From assembly GCA_951406725.2 (NCBI GenBank), contig OX597819.1, forward strand, positions 26,536,001-26,600,000: 64,000 nucleotides of DNA, written 5' to 3'. The stretch comes from Octopus vulgaris. Taxonomy: Eukaryota. Below, piece by piece: positions 11,109 through 24,297 of this stretch; positions within the stretch are counted from its first letter, which is position 1; each line of letters opens with the position of its first letter. Both the position numbers and the translations under genes were made by a program. The notes beneath the pieces are model-generated. The model made no database searches. It worked only from the letters and a program-made list of their open reading frames with translations, and had not been told where the DNA came from.

Positions 11109-13927
11109 ACGTATGCACATATGTTGGCATTCATGTATACATATTGTGTATTTAGAAGCATAACGAAATTTACATACAGACAAAATTGGAAGTAATTCCA
11201 ATAACTAATGTCAAATTTGACACGAAAATAGACGACTTAAAAAGTATTGTATTAAATATATTATTTTTTACGTTTATGTTATACATAGAAATGTATTACT
11301 TAGATTATATATCTATGTTTTGAACTGAGTTATTAGCAGTTCATATACTGACTGTTATTTTAAACCCATAGTGTCAACTTGAAATATGTGTGCGACACAT
11401 TCAGCCGTTCGAAATAATTCAAGATCAAATTAAACAAATAGTATGTATGTAAATATAACCCGTCATTTTATACTAAAATCTGTATTTAGTATTGTTTGCC
11501 TCTTGTATGTCCTACTTATATTGAGGTACAACTACTACTGAGATACTCATTGTTGCGCTCCGATACTTACTTTATGCTATATATTTTGGATAGGTGTATA
11601 ATTACCAAGAGCAATCAACCCTATAGTATTCTTGACCAGGCTATCAATAAAGTGAAAGTAATTTACTGTTATTAGCGACCCTAAATCATATGCCTGACGT
11701 ACGTTTCGTAGAGAGAGATCTACTCTCCGTTATTGCGTGTTTCAGATTAAACCACCGACTTCACGAATTTAAATAGTAGAGTATATGAACATAACATAAT
11801 ATTATTTTTATTATAAGTACAATTTCTATCGTTAGTAAAAGCTTTGATTGCTAGTGGTAGATTAGTAACTATTATGTTCAGAAGTTCACGAATTCAAGTT
11901 ATGTTAGACATCGGTTGCGACCGAGTCGATAGGGTAAGTTTAATGTGATTCAGGATTATTATCCTCTCCTTATTACAACAATCTTATTATGATCAATATT
12001 CTTATGCTTCAAAATGCTTTGCACCTAGATACCATTAGCTGTCAGATGATGCTTTATGCAGCAACGTTGTTGTGTAGTTTACAGATAATCAGCTGACCTG
12101 CTGCAGTCAGACTAAACGACTTATCCACTCTTCAGATATTTTGCTCAGTTCAGGTTTATTTCGTCTTCTCAACATCATGGAGACTGGGGATAAGTGCGAC
12201 AGTCCTCTGGACTGTAAGGTTTTCGTATATAGCTTCAAATTAACATATTTCCAGGTTTTACCCCACGGTAAATTCCTTTACTGGGTCTCAAAAGGTATAT
12301 TTCCACTAAAGTGCATGCAAATTTTTTTGTATCTCAAAGGAAAGAAGTAAGAGCATGGATTAATTTACTAGCCTCAAAAGAGATCTACAAGCAACATAAT
12401 TTACAGGATATATAAGGCGGACATATTCTACAATCTCTAAACATATAGCCGCTGTACTATACGATCATTTCACAGTGTTTGATGCTACATATTTCAGCTC
12501 TAAAAAAGAGCTAAAATATCTGTGAAAATATTTTCGAATGGTACGTATCCGTACATAATTTGTGTTATATTCTTAAATAAAAAATTAACAAAACGTACAT
12601 ATTTCCTGTGATTGAATGTATATGTGTAATGAGTGCAATAATAAGAATGATTTATAGTCAGAGGGCTGATAAGATTCGGCAGTTTGGAAGCTTTTGGTCT
12701 TTCATCAATACATACGAAAAAGTTATCGGGCTATAACACAAATATGTAATATACATAATTTGAATTCGTAATCAGTGTAATATGATCCGTCACTGAAGTA
12801 GGATGCATTGATATATAAAAAGATAGATTATTTGTGCTGAGAGTAATTCTCAGATACAGAAGATATCAGAAAAGGTATTTCCTTTCGAGTCAAATCTCAT
12901 CTACGTTTAATTTCCATCTGTGTATACTATGAAGTCAAAAACTTCGTTCTGACTTTTTTTATATACACAGTTGATATAAGAATTTCTACTAGTAGAAATC
13001 AAGACTCATTGAACATATAATGAAATATATAACTCTGTACATGGCAATAATAAGTTCGGCATAAAAAGAATTTTGATGTTGACCCGTGGAGAGACATGTT
13101 ATAGAATCATGTGTGCATTTGCATATAGAGAAAATAAACATACCCGGTGTTCCCCAACGTTAGCCCAACTAGATGCACATAGTCAACTAAGAGATTATAA
13201 GAAATCTGTGGGAAGCTAGCCTCAGTCTTTCAGTTAATGTGCCACATTACTTATCCCAAACACCCTCAGCAAAATTGAAAAAAGGAAACGAAATCTGTGC
13301 AAAGTCTACATAGTTCATTAGAAGGATTGATTTTATTTCTATCTCTATATTCTTTGATTATTGTGGTTCATTTGATCTCACACGTACAGCAATAAATCAA
13401 AATTAATTGGGTATAGATTAGTTATTGGTAGTTAATATTAAAAAAATATATATCGTAAAAGTAACTAGCAAACATATAGAATGAGGAAGATAATTTGAGT
13501 CAATGTCTGAGGAATTTTTCTGCGTTATATAATTAATAGCGACAGAAGCAGTATGAATAACAAAAAGTAATCTTGATCTCCAACTAAACGTCGAGATTGT
13601 GTTAGAACACAGAATACTGCGTTATTTACGCTGAGGGGAGCTCTCATAAGGACTCAGGGAGCGAAAAAAAGCACTCAAATTTATATTATTTGCCATCAGA
13701 AATTCCTGATGACCTGCTTTCGCCCTTCTCTTTGAGCCTCCTCAGTAAAATACATCAAGTAGCGGTATAACAAGCAACTCTCCAGGTGACAAAATTCGAA
13801 ATATTTCAGTCTGATGAGACATGCACAGCGAAGTATGGACTATGCAACTGTGCAGCTTTTACAATATAGAGATGAATGATTCACGATAGAAATTTTGAAG
13901 TATGTAAGATAGCATAAAAATATATAC

Positions 13928-13997
<70 letters not shown>

Positions 13998-14186
13998 AAC
14001 AGATATAGATACATAGACAGACAGACATATATAGATTGATAGATATGTTGTATGTACATTCTATATTTATATACATATTTCATTATATTATACCTACTTT
14101 TATATAAAATGTATACATACGGTCATATATACAGAGACGTCTGTAATTTATATAGAGGCATAAACACACATACACATACACACATG

Positions 14187-14250
<64 letters not shown>

Positions 14251-15382
14251 TAAGAAAATGTAAAGTAACATTCTTCCTTATGTAAGTATCGATTAGTAGA
14301 TATAGCACATAATTTCCGATAATCAAACTCCCTGAAGCGTGACGTCGGTGTATATTTTGACAAATTGCAACATACGGAGTGCAATTGAATACATTTGTTG
14401 TGATTTGTTTCTTTTAGTCTTATTACAGTCAGGTTTCATTGCAGGATGAAAATATGCAACTCAGACAAATTCGTTTAATCAGATGCTCTTACTCATAGGC
14501 ATACACACGCTGAGATGCACAAAGGCACACATACATATTTACATAATATTGTTTTGCTTTCTTTTATGTTTAATATAGAAAGGTAAATACGCGTTCACAC
14601 ACAAACACATATATGCCTCTGTATGTGTGTGTGTGTGTGTGTTTATGTGATGATGGTATATCCGTCGATTCGGACGATGGTCATTTAATTGTTCACTCAA
14701 CTGAATTCTCGTTAACTTGTGATTTATGTTGGCCTTGTTTGATGAAGTATATGGCAATGTAGGGTCTTTATTATATTATGATTAAAAGCAATCTTCTTAG
14801 GAATACGTTGGGGTATATTAAATTGCAGACTACATCCAATTATAATGTGGGGAGATGGATTGTTGGCCATGCATTTATACTGGCGCGCTATCACAAATCA
14901 TAATAAAATTGTAAGTAAAATAGCATGATATAAATCGTAAAATTTGCTGACAGCACCAACAATTTTAGGTAGGGTCTAATATAAAGTGAGAATACTATAG
15001 AAGCTTTACTAATATCAAAACACAAGGAAATTCAGAAATTTACTTGGAGTTATCATTGTATACACTATAAATCAATGTTGAAAGTTTTATCAATAATAAA
15101 ATTGTTAGTATGTTGCATCTCTGCATAGACTACAAAGCACGATAACAACCCGCCATAATTGGTACTATTTATTATTGGTATTATCCTTAGTATTTATTTG
15201 GTGAGCAGTTGTGTCAAAGTCACAAGACTTCAAAGGACTAACAGACTTAAGAATGCAATTACAACAGACAATGCGTAGCTGAATAAAAGGTTCATCTGAG
15301 AAATACTTTTAAAAATGCATCACGTTAACAAAGTCACTTCTAATTATTATAAATATGTGTTGGTATATATAAATATGTGAAC

Positions 15383-16210
15383 GAGTGTAGGCTGTAAAGT
15401 TCATATGCTGACTATAAAGGATTGGTGCTTGAGCTGAGCTGTCAAGTCTTGTATGCATTAATTTCATCCCTTTTTATTGAGCATTGTCTTTTTCCAAGTA
15501 AACTCACATCTGACTGTTCAAAGAAGACTTCAAAAATTATTAGTAGCAACTTCTCTTGAAAATGTATAAAATTTGGCACCGTGGTGTTATCAAGTAGCTG
15601 CACAAAAAGGAACCTTTTTCTACAGGTACATGATAACATGGTTGCTACATTAGGGCCTGATGTTACAGATTTATTGACAGTTCAGAAATGGGCAGCTGAA
15701 TGTTAGAGAGAAAGGGAAAGTCATAAAGAAGATCTGAGGATTTGACGTCCTGCAGCTGCCACAACCTAGGAAAACAGAGATGGGGTTTACAATATGGTGA
15801 TAGCTAACTGACGATTGACTACAAATCAAAAATTCAATGTTATTAGCTTATTTTCAACCATGAGACTAGTTGAAAATATTCTGCACAATGATATTTACTT
15901 GACGAAAATTTGTGCTGAATGGTTACCATGTCTTCTGACAGCTGAACAAAAGCGCAAAAGGCTTATCACATCACAGGAAAATATGACATTGCTTGTGGCA
16001 GATTCAGCTGGTTTCCTTGAATCAGGATGAGTATCAGCTTCATCACTTTGAGTCAGAGGCAAAGAAGCAATCCATGCAGCGGAAATATACTTCCTCACCT
16101 GCTGCAAAAAAGGTCTGGGTCGTTGCATCTGCAGGTAAGGTAAAGGGCTCAGTCTCTTGGGGATAAAAAAGTGACTATTTATTGACTGTCTTCAAAAGGT
16201 CACACCGCCA
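15383..16210 (+). mobile_element. Degraded mariner transposase (5' two-thirds), pseudogenised
   Basis: Stop- and frameshift-broken translation HRGVIK..DNMVATLG..TVQKWAAE..RES..ED.R..RP..ATT.EN..KICAEWLPCLLTAEQK (WVPRLL-type motif)..DE..LHHFESEAKKQSMQ..SAGKV. Confidence 0.9.
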
Positions 16211-16238
16211 GATGCCACACCACAATAGAAAGTACTAT

Positions 16239-16269
<31 letters not shown>

Positions 16270-16271
16270 CT

Positions 16272-16337
<66 letters not shown>

Positions 16338-16570
16338 CTCTTACTACTTGTCAACCAGTATTAAGTCTTCACGTCTCTTTCATCAAGTGGTGTTCGGCTA
16401 AACAGACGACAAATTAAGAATCTAAGTATTGTCTACGGGACACGGTCTTACTCGACAGCAACCCTTCTAAGCGGTATGCCAGTCCAATGACAGAATTAAA
16501 TAGTTAATAGGTGTTATCTATTTGTCCGTACGATGTATTACTATTTGTTCTTAATCATCGTCTTTATTAT

Positions 16571-16797
16571 TAAGGCGACGAACTAGCAGGATCTTTGGCA
16601 CACCGAGCAAAATGTTTCGCAGCATTTCGTCACTTTTTACTTTCAGATTTCAAATTTCTGCGATGTCGATGTTGCCATTCATCGTTTCAGGGTAGATGAA
16701 ATAAGTACCAGTTGTGCACTGGGTCGATGAAATCGACTAGCTCACCCCCCCAAACATTCCAGTCCTTATGCCTATAGTAAAAACTATAATTATTATT
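16571..16797 (+). mobile_element. SINE family D (Meta-domain-like core) with (ATT)n tail
   Basis: Core GATGTCGATGTTGCCATTCATCGTTTCAGGGTAGATGAAATAAGTACCAG; homologous to 40062-40276. Confidence 0.7.
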
Positions 16798-16879
16798 TTA
16801 TATGTACTATGCACACATAAATACCGCCCCCCACACACACACACAGACATACACAGAAACACGTACACATATTTATATA

Positions 16880-17243
16880 GTTGTGGCTGTGTGGTAAGAA
16901 GCTTCTTTCTCAACCGCGTTGTTCTGGGTTGGGTGTCACTGCATGCAACTCGGGCAAGTGTCTTCTACTATTGCCTCGGGCCGAGCAAAGTCTTCTGAGT
17001 GGATTTGGTAGACGGAAACTGAAAGAAGCCTGTCTCTGTGTCTGTGTGTTTCTGTATGTGTCTGTGTCTCCCCCACCCGTCATCACTTGGCTGTTGGTGT
17101 GTTTATGTTCCCCGTAACTTAGCTGTTCGGCAAAAGAGACCAATAGAATAAGTAATCGGTTTACAAAGTATAAGTCCTGGGGCCGATTTCTTTAAGGCGT
17201 TGCGCCGGCATGGCTGCAGTCAAATGATTGAAACAAGTAGAGG
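16880..17243 (+). mobile_element. SINE family A
   Basis: Homologous to 20213-20630. Confidence 0.9.
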
Positions 17244-17261
17244 AAAAAAATAAACACACAC

Positions 17262-17319
<58 letters not shown>

Positions 17320-19069
17320 GTATATATATTTGCGTATGCGTGTGTTGACACGTGTCAGTGTGACTATTTATTTGTATTACTATGAAATCACTTGTCGCTA
17401 TATTGAAGAATCGTTTTAATTCAGTTAGGGTCATTTTAATTATGACTGTTACCTACTAATTCGTTTGAAATGAATTTCACAAAATCCAAGAACGAATCTA
17501 AAGCATTTAATGAATTTTGTTCGAAAATTACCTGTTTCCCCTCAATCACGCCTTAAAGCATATTCAATACACAATGTCTGAAGGCAAATGCATTCTTCTT
17601 TTGAGTTTCTGAATTTCTAAAATAACAAAGAATTGGCATTCCTTTTGAGAGAATATCTTTGAGACTTAAAAGATGCGTTGTTATTTTTTCACCTCATATC
17701 AATCCTAATCATACAGACCGAGTTATACCATGGAAAGCCTTCCAGATGTGAAAATTCATTTTTTCCTAAAATATATGAAAATTGTACACCATACTGTACA
17801 CAATTCTGTTGTACAATAAGGCTTCCCTATATAAAAGGCCTTAGGCTGTAGCAAATTTTATTTTCAATTTATGAGAATTAAGCAGGACAATTGCCAGAGA
17901 TTTAGGCTATATGATTAAATATCTTGAAGTATTGTATTCCAAGTTCAAGTTATAGACAAGTCAAGTTAATCTTGTATCTTTTACTCAAAAAGTAGTGAAT
18001 AATGTCAGTATTATACGGAGGAAACCATTGTAGATAATCTTTCTCACTGAGAAGTTCCTCCTTTGGTTAAGAATCAGTACGAATATTTTTCACTTTTCTT
18101 ATTTATTTATTCATTCATTTTATATATTTTTCTTTCTTTTGTAAGGAAAGGAAAATACAGTAAATAAATCTAATTGATTACTGGAAAATATGCTTATTTA
18201 TGCGGGGAAATGTATTGAATTTTATACAACTGTGTCTATGCTACATAAACCATTTTGTAGAGAATATGTATTCTATTAGAAGGTACTTTAACCCTGATTA
18301 ATACAAAGTTTGGTTTTCTATTCATTAAAGAATCTTTTGCAAATTTTTCAATTTCAGTTTTTTTAATATATTCTTTTTAAGTAATTTAAAATGAATTTAA
18401 TACATGTAATTTAGTGAAAATCGGAACGGTTGGTGTAATTAAATTTCTACTGCATATAAATAAGTTTTTAGGTTTGCATATAACACACACAAGTACAGAC
18501 ACAGACACACACACAGAGACACACATACACAGAAACACACACACACATATATATATATATATTTATATAGAGATTCAGATGAATATGTTATTTAAATTGA
18601 GACACCAGAATTTAGTACGGTATTATACAATTTCAAAGTAAGGTGATTATAATCAAAATAAGCAACAAAGATATCCAGAGGTAATGCTGTACGATCGTAT
18701 CATGCAACTCCATTTAAAAATCTCCTAAAATCTCCAAGAAGTTAAGGAGATAGGCAAAGAACATGGTGTCTCACTCCAGTTTAGAAGGTACTGAACTTTC
18801 AAGATATACATTGTTACAGACTCCCATTCATGTGAAACCACTTATTCAAGTTCAAATCATTGATGCAATTTTATACCAATTGCTATTTTTACTTTTCTAT
18901 GTTACGATTATATTATACTTTAGTTTGATTTTAATTATTACTTACTACATATAATTCAACTGTTATTATTATTTTTATTGTTAAAGTGAAAGCATCTAAC
19001 ATAAAATAGAGAAATGTTTTTGTTTCATTTTTAACACGTAATACTGAAATAGTGAAGATATGATATTGC

Positions 19070-19225
19070 TATGGACTCGCTCTAGGCAAGAAGTTTAACA
19101 TTTTGTTTTTACCCATGAAACTACATGGACCCTAAGTAAGGCATGTGTAAAATTTGAATGAAATTGGTTGTGTATTTCTCAAGTTTTAGGGAAACACACA
19201 GACAGACAGACAGACACACATTCTC
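19070..19225 (+). mobile_element. Possible Helentron/HINE-like non-autonomous element 3' end
   Basis: AAATTTGAATGAAATTGGTTG, then (GACA)n, then TTTTATATATATAAAGAT. The call is from motif architecture only. Confidence 0.4.
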
Positions 19226-20212
19226 AGTTTTATATATATAAAGATATATATGTATATATTTGTATGTATGTATATATATATATATTTGCATGTATGTATA
19301 TATATATATTTATATTTGCATGTATGTATATATATATATATGTATATATTTGCATGTATGTATATATATATATATGTATATATTTGCATGTATGTATATA
19401 TATATATATATATATATTTGCATGTATGTATATATATATATATTTGCATGTATGTATATATATATGTATATATGTGCATGTATGTATATATATATATATA
19501 TGTATATATGTGCATGTATATATATATATACATATATGTATATATTTGTATGTATATATATATGTGTGTGTATATGTATATACATATATTAATATATATA
19601 TGTATGTATGTATGTATGACGTGTGTTTTAATCAACAATCACCAACAAGGATTTTGCCGTAGTAAATTTTATTATGTTGAAATCTTTGTAAAACGAATTT
19701 TAGTAATAATATGGATTTCTTTATCTAAGAATGGTCTAGAATATAAACTTCCTTATTTATTTTGGTCATATTATTTATGAAACGGGATTTGTTTTGTTTT
19801 TATATATTTTGCAACTAAAATTATATTCTTCTTTTAACATCTTTCTTTGAAAACGAAATCATTGTATTGATCATATGTCATAAATAACTCTCGAAAGAGA
19901 GGTTTAATTATTGTTTTCGGCTTTCATCTCTATTCAACGTTTGTTTCTTTCGCTGTCGCTCTTACAATTTCTATCGATATTATATGAAAATATTCTGTTG
20001 AGAAGTTGTTTTGTTTTAAATCATATTTAGTACACAAAAATGTGTATGGCGATATAAAGTTAAATGTAGATTAGACTGTATTGACATCAAATTCGTAAAA
20101 TAATTAAATCAATAAAAATTAGGAAATATTTTTCAAATGCTATTCATTTTTTGAGAAGATTTAAATCCAGATAAACTGTTATTTATATAATGTCACATTT
20201 TTCATGTTATTG

Positions 20213-20630
20213 AGGCGTAGGAGTGGCTGTGTGGTAAGTAGCTTGCTTACCAACCACATGGTTCCGGGTTCAGTCCCATTGCGTGGCATCTTGGGCGAGT
20301 GTCTTCTGCTATAGCCTTGGGCCGACCAATGCCTTGTGAGTGGATTTGGTAGACGGAAACTGAAAGAAGCCTGTCGTATATATGTATACATATATGTATG
20401 TGTGTGTATATGTTAGTGTATCTGTGTTTGTCCCCCCCCCCCACCATCGCTTGACAACCGATGCTGGTGTGTTTACGTCCCCGTCACTTAGCGGTTCGGC
20501 AAAAGAGAGACCGATAGAATAAGTACTAGGCTTACAAAGAATAAGTCCCGGGGTCGATTTTCTCGACTAAAGGTGGTGCTCCATCATGGTCGCAGTCAAA
20601 TGACTGAAACAAGTAAAAGAGTAAAAGAGT
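20213..20630 (+). mobile_element. SINE family A (full length, well preserved)
   Basis: tRNA-like head (TGGCTGTGTGG ... GGTTCAGTCCC), internal microsatellite, 3' stem-loop CAGTC-AAAT-GACTG and (GTAAAAGA)n tail. Confidence 0.92.
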
Positions 20631-22291
20631 ATATATATATATATATGTATATATATGAATGATATATATCAATATTTGATACAATTGAAAGCAACTTAGA
20701 AACTGAAATGGCGTTCCTTGTTAATCAGATTGTTAAACATGTGGAAAAATGCAACATTATTAAATTTATTTCCAAATATTCTTCAGTTTCCTGATATTGC
20801 TTTGATTATGAAACAATTTTCTTTTATATTTCCTGTTCAGTTTTGCTTGAGTCGAGATTGTTTCTATTTTTAAGATCCTGGCAAGTAAAACAGTGACCCA
20901 TATACTTAATACACATCTATGAATAGCAGAACTAATCGCAAGTTTATTATCAAGCAGCGCCATTATAAAAGAAACAGATGCAAATTTCAGCCGTAGTCTG
21001 GACGCGTCATAGTTGAAGTTCTTTTATGTCCTTAAATAAAATATCTATATTTGTACTACAACTACAAGGTGAAATAGTTTATGAAATAAAGAAAGGGGAG
21101 GAAAGAATGCAAAGAGTTCGTTTTTACTGTTTGAATGAAAATGAAGAAGATTTATTAATTTCACTCGTACACAAAAACATAAATTCGGATGGTTGAAGTA
21201 AACACTCTACCCTTCACTGCGACATGACCCCTATTCTGTATTTAAATTCACTGACAAGAAGGCTGAATCATATCCTGTGAACAATTAATAAAATTTAAAA
21301 TGTTATCAATCTGCAAATTTTAACATATTTCCTGTACATAATCTTGATATTTTCTGTTTTTTCTATTTTGTTTTTGTTTCAACGGACTCAGCTTTCAAAT
21401 TCCTATCGTCTGCTAATGTACACACTTCTTTAACCTGTAAGCTATACCAGAATTTATAAACGGTATAATAAATAAAGAGGTTTATTTGGTATGTGTCGGG
21501 GCTAGAAATAAATTGCTTCTTAATTCATAGAAATATAAAATGAGTTAACTTACCCGTAGTGAAGGGAAACAAATTTACTTTAACGCATAAATTTCCTTAA
21601 AGAAAGGCGAGGTAATCAACTATAGTATTTAAATTAATTAGGAACTGATTGCGAACATATAGCGAGAGTGAATCTCAATCTGGTACACACCAGAGAGAAT
21701 TATCGATATGCTTCAGCTATATTAGGATGTGACAAGTATCGTTAAGATTGACTCAAGTGAAAAAAGACTTTATGAGATAAAACTTTAGGCAACTAAACGT
21801 ATAAACCGAAAAAAAATGTTTTAAATGACTAGTAATATGAATAAAGTATTCAATGAAGACGATGATTTTTTTTTTATAATTATGTGTAATTACATCTGTA
21901 GTAAAATGAAAAATCATGAATTAGTTTTAATAAGATATTCTTGCCACGAATACTAGAAAATTTTAATGGACGAAATCAAAGTATAAAACACAAAATTTAG
22001 ATGAGTTTTTTTCCTTACGAAAGAGTATCACTTTCTGACACCATGCTGATGTTCCTAATGAATTTTTATGCTAGCATTTTGCTATGTCACAAATTTTTAT
22101 TATATAGGTCTCTGGATGATGAATATTATTCCGTGGTTGAATTCTTAATTTTGAAATAAAAACGACAGATTCATTTTCTTTTCGACATTGAATTGAAAAG
22201 AAAGCTCATAAATTCCGGCAGTGAAAAATAGTCTAGAGTACTATTTTCCCTGCCAGGTAAAGCAGTGAAATCGCACTTCATCATCTGTTAG

Positions 22292-22324
22292 ATATATATG
22301 TATATACACATTTATGTATGTATG

Positions 22325-22358
<34 letters not shown>

Positions 22359-22392
22359 TATGTATATACATATACATGTATGTATATATATG

Positions 22393-22423
<31 letters not shown>

Positions 22424-22549
22424 GTATGTATATATATATATGTATATATATATGTATGTATATATATATATATATATTATATATTATATATATATGTATA
22501 TATATATATATATATTATGTATATATATATATATATATATATATGTATC

Positions 22550-22606
<57 letters not shown>

Positions 22607-22649
22607 ATATATATATGTATATATGTATATATATATATATGTATATATG

Positions 22650-22680
<31 letters not shown>

Positions 22681-22845
22681 GTATATATGTATATATATGT
22701 ATATATATATATATGTATATATGTATATATATGTATGTATATATATATATGTATATATATATATATGTATATATGTGTATGTATATATATGTATATGTAT
22801 ATATATGTATATATATGTATATATATGTATATGTGTGTGTGTGTA
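22292..22845. repeat. Long interrupted (TA)n/(TATG)n array
   Basis: Directly visible. Similar arrays lie at ~19240-19620, 45455-45650, 46178-46863, 47230-47571, 49347-49742, 51456-51812 and 52233-52490. Confidence 0.95.
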
Positions 22846-24265
22846 AATATATAGTAGTTTCATGTGATTATGCATTTAGATCCATCATAATTTTATAAAT
22901 ACTGAGATGTTCACAGTAAGTACGCCGTTGGCTGTTGGTCACTGAAACGATTTTATCTAAACAACAGTAGCAATAGTATTTTTTAAAAATAGTAATTAAC
23001 CCTATATGATTGGATCTAATTTGAGGTTATTATTCTTGAGTTATTTTTTAACGGTATTAGTCGTTGAATTTTGAAAATATATTAAATGGAGGAATCATAA
23101 TCGACGAAATCCCTATATGCTTGTTTGTGGGGGACATGTGTCTGTGTGTATGTTTGCCTATGTGTTGCAGGATTAGTTACTTATAGCAGAGTGAGCTGGA
23201 GCAATACGAAATTGTTTTGCTCTAAAATATGATGAATCGCCATGTCTGAGAACCGAAACCACGATCTTGCAATCGTAAGTACTATTTCTTAGCCACTAAA
23301 CAGCATTCTACCCTGGTTTGGGAAAGATAGTTTGAAGGCAACAAGCCGATGTATTAAAATATTTTCTCCCGATACTGTTGTCTATCAATTGAAAGGCCGC
23401 AAACATGGACTAATACACTTTAGCTGCAGTGACATCGTAGGCATCGACATCACAATCTGGTAAAACTGATATAGTTTAAGTAAGGCATCCTCTCCAACCA
23501 CTAACAATTCCACCAATCTACCTTTTTTAATAATGAAAGGATGAAATTTTATCGCTCGTTATATGAACTTTGTACACAGACACGAAACAAATGTTGCGAG
23601 CTTTCTAATGACATAGCTAATTCGCGGCCTTGCACACAACACACTTGTATGGCTGTGCGCATGTCTCTGCATCTGTTTGCGCAAGTGTGGTTGGAATAAC
23701 ATTTATGACGCACTAAGAAGTATAATTGATCTTTGTCTGCTAAGTTCTGAATACCATTATCTGTGAGAGAAAAGCGTCAATAAGAGATGCTATAGGAGTG
23801 ATTGTAAAGTGAATGTAAAGTGATTATACACCAATGCTGAATTTCGGCATATGATATAAATTACAGAAAGAAATTTATACTGGTAAATTAATCACACATT
23901 AGTGACGTTACATTCTACTTGAAATATTCACTTATTCACGAGGTACCGCTTGCTAGCATATTGTCGTGCGTGACTGAACAAATATAGACATGAAAAAAAA
24001 TATAGTCATGAAAGATATATCTTATCTATTTCAGACTAAATTATACATATCATTATTTATAATGATAATAAGGTTAAAAAGTTTAAATGAGTTTTACCTC
24101 GTAGGTAAATGAATATAAATATTTTATAATTATATGCATAATTATAATAAGGGCTTGGCTTGCGCCTCACCACGCACTGAAAAATAGACGTTAAAAGACA
24201 CTATTGCCACCATAAATTCTCCGAAAAAAACACACTACACATAGGCCAGGATGTATGTATGTATG

Positions 24266-24297
<32 letters not shown>

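Noticed and set aside
12141-12350. 69-aa ORF, possible first exon (METGDKCDSPLD)
   Set aside because: No recognisable homology and ambiguous splice signals.
13808-13842. CTGATGA...GAAG hammerhead-like string (a similar CTGATGA occurs at 36688)
   Set aside because: No GAAA, stem III or valid cleavage triplet.
20766-20963. 65-aa ORF with a hydrophobic N-terminus
   Set aside because: Short, with no family signature; expected by chance.
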